Shown here: positions 1 to 8,105 of the stretch, in pieces
Layout: each line of letters opens with the position of its first letter
Numbering within the stretch: position 1 is the stretch's first letter
Assembly: GCA_003345595.1 (NCBI GenBank)
Contig: PRDI01000063.1
Coordinates: forward strand, 1-22,559
Source of the DNA: Candidatus Thorarchaeota archaeon
GTDB taxonomy: Archaea > Asgardarchaeota > Thorarchaeia > Thorarchaeales > Thorarchaeaceae
Reading direction: 5' to 3'
Length of the DNA: 22,559 bases
Notes under the pieces: generated by a model
Database searches by the model: none
What the model was told of the DNA's origin: nothing
What the model saw: only the letters and a program-made list of their open reading frames with translations
Made by a program: the position numbers and the translations under genes

Positions 1-1208
1 TGAGACACACGGTACTCAGCGAAGTATCTTGCCAAAGCCACGGCTGTACCAAGGTCAAACAGTGTCCACAGACCTAGGAAGAGGTTCACACTGAAGGAGA
101 ACCACCCAGCTGCCTGCGGAAACGGCATTATGTACCGAGGGTAGATCATGACAGCTAGGACAGTTCGCGGGATTACGAGGAGAAGAGTGACAAAGAGCTG
201 TATTAGGAATCCACCTAGCTGCCTGTGCATTCCTATCTCTTCCCAGTCACTGATCTTTTCGCCCGTCTTGACAAGCAGCTCAGCCCTTTCCATTTCGGTG
301 AGCACCTCAGGGTGCTCGGCCGACCTCCGCTTCATCCTTCGGTAGGATGCTACAGTGGAAACTCCAACCACAGCGACAATCAGCCCGATAATCAACTGCT
401 GCTCAAAATGCGGCACGGGGGAGTACGTCCACTCTGCATATGTGTAAGGGCTTTGGCCGCCGAGATACATACTCACCGAATACAGGAAGTAGTTGAAGTA
501 TGGCCAAAGAACAAGCTCATAGTTCGTTTGCGGGTTCTCAGCACTTGCATTGACTGTGAGCCACGGGGTGTAAACGAGGATGCTGCTCGTGTTGTATGTC
601 GTGCGCACCAGTAGTGGAGCACCTCCCGTTCCAAAGCCAGTGTCATTGGCAAGAAGAGCATGACTATTCCCACTCATTGCCGGAAGGATGGTTATCTTCT
701 CAGCAGGAGGCGCGGATGACCAGTCGAAGTTCATTGCTACGATTGCAGGATCAACCGTGGTCATCATGCGTGTAACGACACCGGCATTGTCTTTACTCGG
801 AAGGAGGTTGTTTGTTTCTGTGATGCCTAGCTCTTGAAACCCTGTACTGTTGCTGGTCATGTGCGGGCCGACAAGAATCATCAGACCTTTTCCTGGTGAC
901 AAGAAGGCAGCAAGTAGAGGAATATCGGACGGCCCCATGGACACGTCTGCAATGATCAGTGTGTGCGTCTCCGGATCTGTCGCGGCAGCCGCTATTGTCG
1001 GATAGGTCGTCAGGATGATTGACTGAGTATCAAGCCCCAGGGCAGTGACAACTGAGGGGGTGTTGTCCGCCCCCACGAGCGCTACATTGACAGAAGCAGA
1101 AGCCTGCGCTGGTGCCAACGGTCCTGCTATCACAATACCGGCTATTGCGAACGGAAAAAGCAACAGTGCAGCAAACATCATACCCATTGCAGCTTGAGAC
1201 TTGGCCAA
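1..1208 (-). CDS. Membrane protein, 3'-partial: signal peptide, extracellular class-I GATase-like/GIFT-like domain, TM helix, N-terminus of a MOP-superfamily (Wzx/oligosaccharide) flippase
   Basis: Not in the ORF track because it runs off the left edge. Manual translation gives 402 stop-free codons from TTG at 1208 (AGGAGG 12 nt upstream, in-frame TAG just before; alternative ATG at 1187): MAKSQAAMGMMFAALLLFPFAIAGIVIAGPLAPAQA...LIIADVSM...LAAFLSPGKGLMILVGP...LWPYFNYFLY...LIIGLIVAVVGVSTVASYRRMKRR...GGFLIQLFVTLLLVIP...LWTLFDLGTAVALARYFAEYRVS. The DLGxxxAxxRY motif after the TM helices is typical of Wzx-like flippases. Confidence 0.85.
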   Translation of the reverse strand, partial: MAKSQAAMGMMFAALLLFPFAIAGIVIAGPLAPAQASASVNVALVGADNTPSVVTALGLDTQSIILTTYPTIAAAATDPETHTLIIADVSMGPSDIPLLAAFLSPGKGLMILVGPHMTSNSTGFQELGITETNNLLPSKDNAGVVTRMMTTVDPAIVAMNFDWSSAPPAEKITILPAMSGNSHALLANDTGFGTGGAPLLVRTTYNTSSILVYTPWLTVNASAENPQTNYELVLWPYFNYFLYSVSMYLGGQSPYTYAEWTYSPVPHFEQQLIIGLIVAVVGVSTVASYRRMKRRSAEHPEVLTEMERAELLVKTGEKISDWEEIGMHRQLGGFLIQLFVTLLLVIPRTVLAVMIYPRYIMPFPQAAGWFSFSVNLFLGLWTLFDLGTAVALARYFAEYRVS

Positions 1209-1341
1209 GTCCTTGGAATTCCTCCTTAGCTAAACTCCAACCGAAACCAAACTCTCTAATATCAATACCGGATTTCCATTCGAGGCGACGGTATGTGCAC
1301 GAGATATCAAGAGAGGTCTTAAGGCGAAACGACATCTGACA

Positions 1342-1357
1342 GACCATGGGACCATGG
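1342..1357 (+). repeat. Perfect 8-bp tandem duplication (GACCATGG x2) spanning the methyltransferase start codon
   Basis: Read directly: ca-gaccatgg-gaccatgg-cataa. Each unit contains the palindrome CCATGG and an ATG. Confidence 0.8.
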
Positions 1358-2401
1358 CATAACACGATCTTCTTGGGCGATTGTCTGAATGCGGCCAAGG
1401 CCCTTGTTGAAAGTCAGAGCGAGAAGATTCGGTTGATCTATCTCGACCCACCATTCTTCTCAAATACGGATTACACGCTAAAACACGAAACGGGAGGAGA
1501 GGGAAGCAGAGCCCCCGACATTCAGGAAACAGCCACCTACAGCGACAGGTGGCAGGGAGGACTTGCTGAGTACCTCTCCTATCTCAGAATTCGTCTTGCA
1601 GTCATGAGCCCGCTTCTGAGAGATGACGGGAGCATCTGGCTCCATCTTGATTGGCACGTTTCTCACTATGCCAAAGCCCTCATGGACGAACTCTTTGGGT
1701 ACAGCTGCTTTGTGAACGAGATAGTATGGAAGAGAACAAATAGCCCAAAGCCGCAGAGTAGAGGATTTGGAAGCCAGCATGACACCATTCTTGTTTACGC
1801 TAAAGACCAAAGCAAGTTCAGAGTCCGACCAGTCTACGTGAAGCATGATGAGAGGTCTCTGCGGCCATACATGTATGATGACGATAAAGGCAGGTTTAGG
1901 CTGATTGAGATAGAGGCACAGGGCATTCAGAGATCCCAGCGCAGGAAGCAGTTCGAATGGCGCGGGAGAACAGCACCCTATCTCTATAGACTGGAAACTC
2001 TGGATGAGTGGTGGGACCAGGGCCTCATATACAAAAGCAAGAATGATCGGTACTCGAAGAAACAGTACTTGGATGATGTACCAGGGGTTCCCGTTTCCGA
2101 TCTGTGGTTGGACATTCCCCCGGTGCAAGGTGCGTCGGACGAGTACACTGGCTTTCTCACACAGAAACCAGAGGCCCTCTTATCTAGAATCATCGAATGT
2201 GCAAGCGATCCGGGCGATATCGTTGCAGACTTCTTTGCTGGGGCAGGAACAACAGCAGTCGCGGCCGAAAGGACGAAACGCCGCTGGATAGCATGCGACT
2301 CATCTGAAGTCGCGATCCAAGTCATGGAGAAAAGGTTGTCCAAGCCGACGAACTCTGAAACGGGCAGGGCAGAACGCGCCTTCACGGTCGTCAGAGTCTG
2401 A
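1346..2401 (+). CDS. Site-specific DNA amino-methyltransferase (N6-A/N4-C family, beta class, Mod-like), no partner nuclease in window
   Basis: NTIFLGDCL; catalytic motif IV LIYLDPPF; LLRDDGSIWLHLD and NEIVWKR segments; TQKPEALLSRII; SAM-binding motif I DFFAGAGTT at the C-terminus (beta order). Confidence 0.93.
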   Translation: MGPWHNTIFLGDCLNAAKALVESQSEKIRLIYLDPPFFSNTDYTLKHETGGEGSRAPDIQETATYSDRWQGGLAEYLSYLRIRLAVMSPLLRDDGSIWLHLDWHVSHYAKALMDELFGYSCFVNEIVWKRTNSPKPQSRGFGSQHDTILVYAKDQSKFRVRPVYVKHDERSLRPYMYDDDKGRFRLIEIEAQGIQRSQRRKQFEWRGRTAPYLYRLETLDEWWDQGLIYKSKNDRYSKKQYLDDVPGVPVSDLWLDIPPVQGASDEYTGFLTQKPEALLSRIIECASDPGDIVADFFAGAGTTAVAAERTKRRWIACDSSEVAIQVMEKRLSKPTNSETGRAERAFTVVRV

Positions 2402-2495
2402 CCTGAAGAACCAACCCTAATCCAGATACAATGACCGAAGGAATAGCTACGCTCATAAGACTCGAATACGATGAGGCCCGTGAGGAAGGGATGAG

Positions 2496-2843
2496 ATGAC
2501 CTCATGTGCGTACTGTGGCAGTACTGAGCGACCCCAGGTCTATCCAGACGGGACTCTCAGATGCCCAATGTGTGGACAACTTGCTGACAAAGCTTCAGTT
2601 CCAACGGATCAGAGGGCGGAGAAGCCGCCGAGGGAAACCTTCGAGAGCGAATGGTGTCCATCGTGTCGAGGCCCCATGGAGAGGGGCTACGTCTTGGGAG
2701 CACGCGGGGTCTTCTGGAACGACCACATTCCCAAACAAATCTGCACTGGTGAGCAGCTTAGCGACAAAGGACTGTATTGGGGTTGGATATGTCCTAGCGT
2801 GAAGGCTCTCAGATGCAGGAAATGTAGAATCATCAGGTACTGA
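2496..2843 (+). CDS. Double zinc-ribbon protein (C-terminal PF20097/DUF6487-like domain)
   Basis: Four CxxC pairs (CAYC, CPMC, CPSC, CRKC). The CPxCxxxMExGY...AxRCxxCxII pattern matches my recollection of DUF6487. Purine-rich SD-like stretch upstream. Confidence 0.75.
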   Translation: MTSCAYCGSTERPQVYPDGTLRCPMCGQLADKASVPTDQRAEKPPRETFESEWCPSCRGPMERGYVLGARGVFWNDHIPKQICTGEQLSDKGLYWGWICPSVKALRCRKCRIIRY

Positions 2844-2902
2844 TACGGGCTTGGCCGGCGGGGATGATTGTGAGTCCTCGGTGCTGACGGTGTAGCGCCG
2901 CC

Positions 2903-2921
2903 CAAAGACAATCTTTTTATA
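2903..2921 (+). promoter_or_regulatory. Putative archaeal BRE/TATA promoter of the thermosome gene
   Basis: TTTTTATA at 2914-2921 preceded by A-rich CAAAGACAAT, in an otherwise GC-rich intergenic region about 100 nt before the ATG. Confidence 0.6.
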
Positions 2922-3020
2922 CGAAACACCGAAGTCCATGTACAGTTTTGACAGAGGTCAACGGCGCAAGTTGACATGAGGTGCCAGCTTCGCCGTGGCA
3001 CTGCAAAAGGGGAATTCGAT

Positions 3021-4694
3021 ATGGCACAGATGTCTGGAACACCCGTCCTCATCCTGAAGGAGGGTACATCAAGGAACCGCGGAAAGTCCGCGCAGGCCAA
3101 CAACATCATGGCAGGTATCGTCATCTCTGATGCTATCAAGTCCACTCTGGGCCCTCGCGGCATGGACAAGATGCTCGTCGACTCTCTCGGCGATGTCACC
3201 ATCACAAACGACGGTGCAGCAATCCTGAAAGAGATCGATGTACAGCACCCTGCTGCGAAGATGCTCGTTGAGGTAGCGAAGAGCCAAGACCAAGAAACTG
3301 GTGACGGCACTACAACCTCTGTGGTTCTTGCTGGCGAGCTCCTGAAGAGAGCTCAAGAGATGCTCGACAAGAAGATACACCCGACCATAATCGTGGCCGG
3401 GTATCAGCGAGCAGCTGAAGAGGCGACGAAGATACTCGATCAGGTTTCGGTGTCTATGAGCGGCATAGACAAGAAACTCCTGAGAGATATCGCAGCTACA
3501 TCAATGAACAGCAAGTCTGTCGTTGGTTCTAGAGACCAGTTCGCTCAGATCGCTGTTGATGCTGTTCTGCAGATCGTCGAGAAGGTCGACGGCCAGACCA
3601 AGGCAGATATAGACATGATTGAGGTCACAAAGAAGATGGGCAAGAGCCTCACTGAGACCGAGCTGATCAAAGGCATCGTTATCGACAAGGAAGTGATTCA
3701 TGCTGCGATGCCTAGGAAGCTCGAGAAGGCCAAAATCGCCCTTGTCGATGCCGCAATAGAAGTCGAGAAGACTGAGTTTGACGCGGAGATCAAGATTGAC
3801 CGACCCGAGCAAATCAAGGCATTCCTCGACGAGGAAGAGCATATGCTGAAGGGCATGGTCGACAAGGTCATAGCAACCGGCGCGAACGTCCTAGTCTGTC
3901 AGAAAGGCATTGATGATGTCGCTCAGCATTACCTCGCAAAGGCAGGTATCATGGCTGTCCGACGGGCAAAGAAGAGCACACTTGAGAAACTAGCGAAGGC
4001 CACTGGTGCGAAGATCGCCAGCAGCCTGACAGAGCTCGATGCAAGCTACCTCGGTTCTGCAGGTCTCGTAGAGGAAGTGAAGATTGGTGACGACAAGCTC
4101 GTATACGTCAGAGACTGCAAGGATCCAAAGGCCGTGTCAATCGTACTTCGCGGTGGCACAGAGCATGTGGTCGATGAGGCAGAGAGAGCAATGCACGATG
4201 CCTTGTCTGTCGTAAGGAACGTCGTCGAGGACGGCACGTACGTAGCAGGTGGCGGTTCAATCGAAACTGAGATTGCCAAGCGACTTGAAACCTATGCGTC
4301 CACTGAGGGCAAGGGCCGTGAGCAGCTCGCAATTCAAGCATTTGCTGAATCTCTGAGAGTTGTGCCTAAGACCCTCGCAGAGAACGGTGGACATGACCCG
4401 ATTGACATCATGACGGAACTCACCAAGGAACATGGCAAGCCTACCGGCATGTGGTTTGGCGTGGACGTGTTCAATGGACACGCGAGCGACATGATGAAGA
4501 TGGGAGTCATTGAGCCCACACGTGTCAAGAGGCAGGCCATCCGTTCTGCTTCTGAGGCGGCCCAGATGATCCTCAGGATCGACGATGTGATTGCCGCAAA
4601 GGCCAGCAGTCCACCTGCCGGTGGTCCTGGTGGTCCGGGCGGAATGGGTGGAATGGGCGGCCCGGGCATGGGTGAAATGGGCGGTATGATGTAA
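3021..4694 (+). CDS. ths: Thermosome subunit (group II chaperonin)
   Basis: MAQMSGTPVLILKEG, STLGPRGMDKMLVD, TITNDGAAIL, GDGTTT, RIDDVI and a GGM-rich tail. Start moved to ATG 3021 (AAGGGGA upstream). Alpha versus beta subunit not resolved. Confidence 0.98.
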   Translation: MAQMSGTPVLILKEGTSRNRGKSAQANNIMAGIVISDAIKSTLGPRGMDKMLVDSLGDVTITNDGAAILKEIDVQHPAAKMLVEVAKSQDQETGDGTTTSVVLAGELLKRAQEMLDKKIHPTIIVAGYQRAAEEATKILDQVSVSMSGIDKKLLRDIAATSMNSKSVVGSRDQFAQIAVDAVLQIVEKVDGQTKADIDMIEVTKKMGKSLTETELIKGIVIDKEVIHAAMPRKLEKAKIALVDAAIEVEKTEFDAEIKIDRPEQIKAFLDEEEHMLKGMVDKVIATGANVLVCQKGIDDVAQHYLAKAGIMAVRRAKKSTLEKLAKATGAKIASSLTELDASYLGSAGLVEEVKIGDDKLVYVRDCKDPKAVSIVLRGGTEHVVDEAERAMHDALSVVRNVVEDGTYVAGGGSIETEIAKRLETYASTEGKGREQLAIQAFAESLRVVPKTLAENGGHDPIDIMTELTKEHGKPTGMWFGVDVFNGHASDMMKMGVIEPTRVKRQAIRSASEAAQMILRIDDVIAAKASSPPAGGPGGPGGMGGMGGPGMGEMGGMM

Positions 4695-4712
4695 TCGCCC
4701 TAGAACTGATCT

Positions 4713-4746
4713 TGGGAGCTTAGCGCTCCCATCCCTTCTTTTTCTT
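4713..4746 (+). terminator. Hairpin plus T-rich terminator after the thermosome gene
   Basis: TGGGAGC-ttagc-GCTCCCA 7-bp stem followed by TTCTTTTTCTT. Confidence 0.65.
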
Positions 4747-4763
4747 ACGCGGGGTAGCAACGA

Positions 4764-5615
4764 ATGGCGACCCGTATACTGATTATTGGCTTGAACACAT
4801 TCGACTCAGGCAAGACGACTGTCGCAAGCCAGCTCGCCAAATACCTCTCCCTGACCGGACAGAGAATTGAGTTCTTCAAGCCTGTGAGCGGCCATAGCTA
4901 CTGGTTCAGAAATGAACACACCAAGTTCTGCCTAGAGAACCGGAAGCTGGTTTCTTACGACGCTACGCAGGTGAGGAAACTCCTGAAATCGGAGGTATCT
5001 GACCTGCTAGCCAATCCTGTTCATACTCTTTATGTCCCGGCAAAGCTCGAAAGACCCGGACACAACCTGACCACAACTCTGGCTCTTGCAGGCTGGGACT
5101 CTGTCTTTGCGATGGAGAGAATGAGCAGACCGTATCAGGGGCGAATCTCATCAATCATGCTGATGGCAGACACCCTCATAGGAGAAGGGCGACTGCTTCT
5201 GAGTGTGGAGGAAGCCGAGAGGCTCAGTGACGGGACTACTGTCCGTCCGGTCAAGAACCTGGAGCAAGCCCAGGCAATAGAGAGCCAGAATCTGGAAACG
5301 TATGTTGGGGAGTCCTTCAGAGTGGTCGAGAATGTAGCGGACACAGTGGTGATCGAATCGTTCAATGACTCTGTGTGGCCTTGGGAAGGACTGGATCGTG
5401 TGGACAAGGTGCTAGCAGTGGGTCCGGGACAAGCGTTCGTCTACGACCCAGAGCGATTGAGGAAGGCCGCTTTCCTTGTAAGGACGGCTCAGAACCCTAT
5501 CCGCGAAGTCACCTTCACAAGGGTTTCGGACCTAGTTCGGCCCATAGGAAGGCTGACCTTGGATCCGGGCAGTGGCCTAAGCGACCAAACGATGAAAGAC
5601 TTCGGGATTTCCTGA
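4764..5615 (+). CDS. Predicted P-loop ATPase/GTPase (COG4028-like; BioD/CobQ-type SIMIBI fold)
   Basis: ILIIGLNTFDSGKTT Walker A, FFKPVSG (BioD-like KPV motif), VVIESFND Walker B-like. Confidence 0.75.
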   Translation: MATRILIIGLNTFDSGKTTVASQLAKYLSLTGQRIEFFKPVSGHSYWFRNEHTKFCLENRKLVSYDATQVRKLLKSEVSDLLANPVHTLYVPAKLERPGHNLTTTLALAGWDSVFAMERMSRPYQGRISSIMLMADTLIGEGRLLLSVEEAERLSDGTTVRPVKNLEQAQAIESQNLETYVGESFRVVENVADTVVIESFNDSVWPWEGLDRVDKVLAVGPGQAFVYDPERLRKAAFLVRTAQNPIREVTFTRVSDLVRPIGRLTLDPGSGLSDQTMKDFGIS

Positions 5616-5688
5616 AAGCGAGAGAGATTACAGATAAGTTGAAAGCGAGGACCCACATCCCGGATGATGCGCTGCAAGAGGAACACTA

Positions 5689-6633
5689 ATGACCGAGGAC
5701 CTAGACTGGGAACTGATAGTGATAGGCGGCGGACCTGCGGGCATGACTGCCGCCATATACGGGGCTCGCTATGGTCTCAAGACCCTACTGCTGGAGGGAA
5801 AGGTACTCGGAGGAGCACAGGCAACGAGCCCAGGAATTGAGAACTACCCTGGTTTCAGCTTCATAGTAGGTATCGATCTTGCCACAAGGATGAAAGAGCA
5901 GGTCAAGAAGTCCGGTGCATTGGTCAGAGAAATCACCGAAGTGAAGAGCATAAGGCATGATAGTGAACAGAGCAGCTTCGTGTTAGAAACCCGGAGAGGA
6001 AACTACAGGGCGCAAGCCATTGTCGTCGCCACTGGAGGAGGTCACAAGAAGCTGGACGTCCCGGGTGAGGAAGAACTCGCCGGCAAAGGAATCTCATACT
6101 GTGCCACGTGTGATGGTCCTCTCTTCAGAGGAAAGACTGTTGCAGTCATCGGCGGAGGAAACACTGCGGCGACTGAAGCGCTGTACCTGAGCGAGTTGGC
6201 TCAAACAGTCTATCTGATCCATAGACGGGAGCACCTCAGAGCTGAAAAGGCTATGCAGGACAATCTCGCCAAGTCATCTGTTGAGATAATGCTGGGGCAA
6301 CTTGTGAAGGCGTTTAGGGGAGACCAGCAACTGCAAGAGATTGCCGTTGAGAACATCAAGACAGGAGAGGCAAGGATTCTGCATGTTAACGCCGCGTTTG
6401 TCGCGCTTGGGTCAAACCCCGAAAGTGGCATCGTTAAGACGATTAACGTGGAAACAAACGACACCGGAGAGATAATCACGGATAAGCTGCAGAGGACCAA
6501 TGTTCCAGGAGTGTTTGCGGCAGGAGACGTTGCTGAGTCCATGAAGCAGATTGTTGTGGCAGTCGGACAAGGAGCTATTGCTGCGGATTCAGCATATAGA
6601 TACATCCGCGGAGAGAGACGCGGGCCTAGGTGA
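5689..6633 (+). CDS. trxB: Thioredoxin-disulfide reductase (low-MW type)
   Basis: GGGPAG FAD motif, IENYPG, SYCATCDG redox centre, GGGNTA NADPH motif, IHRR, GVFAAGD. Confidence 0.93.
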   Translation: MTEDLDWELIVIGGGPAGMTAAIYGARYGLKTLLLEGKVLGGAQATSPGIENYPGFSFIVGIDLATRMKEQVKKSGALVREITEVKSIRHDSEQSSFVLETRRGNYRAQAIVVATGGGHKKLDVPGEEELAGKGISYCATCDGPLFRGKTVAVIGGGNTAATEALYLSELAQTVYLIHRREHLRAEKAMQDNLAKSSVEIMLGQLVKAFRGDQQLQEIAVENIKTGEARILHVNAAFVALGSNPESGIVKTINVETNDTGEIITDKLQRTNVPGVFAAGDVAESMKQIVVAVGQGAIAADSAYRYIRGERRGPR

Positions 6634-6833
6634 ATGATCCTGTCGGAATCGGGGCCACGGCCTCGAACCAGCACCACTGGGAACTCTTTACAAAGACAGA
6701 TCAAGAGAGCAGCGTTAGCTGTCGTGAGAGTACATCCATCTGACTGAGGAAAACGTTAATAACGGCACCCCGTTCCGAGCCTCAGCGCCCTGAGCGCAGG
6801 TGCTTTGCGGCAGAGATTCAGCGGGTTGTTCTC

Positions 6834-8024
6834 ATGGACAGAGTGAAAGCTGCGGGTGTGTTCATTGCATGTGCCCTCATCCTTGTAGCAATTGCAGTCC
6901 AACCTGCCTTGGCCAACCCGGGCACGCGACGGGACTCCCTCATATCGTTTCTCAGCAACAGATACGATGCTGCCGAGGGAGGATACTCATTGACCGGAGA
7001 AACCGTATCACGCATCGAGTCCACAGAGGCTGCTGCTATGATTCTTAATGACCTAGGCTATCTAGATGCCCGTCCGCCAATGATAGACCTCGTAAAGATG
7101 AAGAACTTCACACAGAAGCTGCAATGGATGTCCGGAGGAGAGAGCCATGAACGCTACGGAGGGTTCGCCTCATACATTGCCGGACCAACGAGCGTGGAGA
7201 ACACCCATCTGGCACTGCAGTTGTGGACCATTTTGAGCAATCAGAGTAACATTCCACGAATAGACCAGGTCGTCATGAATGTGACCGCCGCTCTGATGTA
7301 CATCAACAAGACCCAGACTAGCTTAGGAGGCTTTGGGGCAGCCACTGGCAGTTCCCCAGACGTCATTTCAACATATCACGCACTATGGTCCTTGAATTCT
7401 CTATTTGGGTTGAAGAGCGACGAAACTTGGGAGAAGTGGTTGCGCAATAGGACTGCCACAGTAGAGTGGATTCTCAGCTGTCGTGTAGGTGACAGCTTCA
7501 AGCTTAGCCCGGGCTCAACCGTCACAGGACTCGAGCCCACTGCCGCCGCGATATTGGCCCTCGACATCTTGGGTGAGCTGCCATCAGTGTCTGGACTTGA
7601 TGGAATCAAGAACTGGATACTGGGGCGTCAGGTCACTGAACCAATCCGTGGCGAGTTTGAGGGAGGGTTTGAAGAGGGATACCTCACAAACGATACTAAT
7701 CTCGTGAGCACTTACTACGCACTGACCAGCCTTGTTGCTCTTGGTTTCTTATCACAATGCAACGAAACCGCAGTCGCCCAATTCATCATCGATAGCCAAG
7801 CGGCAGACGGCAGTTGGGGCAGCGTTCCTGGCATCAGTGTTGGGACTCTGCCGAACGCAGCTCTGGCCGTCAATAGTCTTCTAATTCTGGGCCAAACTGG
7901 ATTGCTGCTCGAAGAAGACCCCAACAATCCCAATGCGCCACTTCTCGACTGGAGGGTACTTGTTGTGGCCGGCATATTGATCGTCGCTATCGCCGCAGCA
8001 TTGGTGGCAATGAGGATGGACTAG
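6834..8024 (+). CDS. Secreted, C-terminally anchored prenyltransferase/squalene-cyclase-repeat (alpha/alpha barrel) protein
   Basis: Signal peptide ending ALA; repeats GGYS, GGFA, GGFG..DVISTYHAL, GGFEE..STYYAL, QAADGSWG; C-terminal TM VLVVAGILIVAIAAALVAM; seven N-x-S/T sequons. Confidence 0.8.
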   Translation: MDRVKAAGVFIACALILVAIAVQPALANPGTRRDSLISFLSNRYDAAEGGYSLTGETVSRIESTEAAAMILNDLGYLDARPPMIDLVKMKNFTQKLQWMSGGESHERYGGFASYIAGPTSVENTHLALQLWTILSNQSNIPRIDQVVMNVTAALMYINKTQTSLGGFGAATGSSPDVISTYHALWSLNSLFGLKSDETWEKWLRNRTATVEWILSCRVGDSFKLSPGSTVTGLEPTAAAILALDILGELPSVSGLDGIKNWILGRQVTEPIRGEFEGGFEEGYLTNDTNLVSTYYALTSLVALGFLSQCNETAVAQFIIDSQAADGSWGSVPGISVGTLPNAALAVNSLLILGQTGLLLEEDPNNPNAPLLDWRVLVVAGILIVAIAAALVAMRMD

Positions 8025-8105
8025 GGGTAGTACAGTAGCCTTATCATTCGCTGCACCGTCTCCACTTCAGACTGCCGGTACTGGATCAGCATCGGGGTGT
8101 ATCAG

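Noticed and set aside
300-349. Two short hairpins (GAGCACC/GGTGCTC and CATCCT/AGGATG)
   Set aside because: They lie inside the flippase-fusion CDS; 6-7 bp stems are expected by chance.
148-1463. Short ORFs listed in the track at the left end, and the many antisense ORFs elsewhere
   Set aside because: They are shadows of well-supported genes in other frames or on the other strand and carry no recognisable motifs.
1346-2843. Methyltransferase plus Zn-ribbon gene as a restriction-modification system or mobile island
   Set aside because: No nuclease, helicase, integrase or flanking repeats visible; the Zn-ribbon protein has no HNH or PD-(D/E)xK motif.
2853-2902. GC-clamped segment with GATGA...CTGA resembling a C/D-box RNA or fluoride riboswitch
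   Set aside because: Box C (RTGATGA) is incomplete, no C'/D' boxes are seen and the crcB consensus is not met; at most a terminator-like stem.
4611-4691. Low-complexity GGP/GGM repeat
   Set aside because: Ordinary chaperonin C-terminal tail.
5613-5649. 10-bp direct repeat TGAAAGCGAG, 27 nt apart
   Set aside because: Only two copies with no element between them; too little for a target-site duplication or CRISPR.
6631-6747. Possible selenocysteine read-through of the trxB TGA
   Set aside because: The enzyme is a complete low-MW TrxR with CATC. The read-through peptide has no redox motif and I saw no convincing SECIS. Other TGA-ending genes here also look full length.
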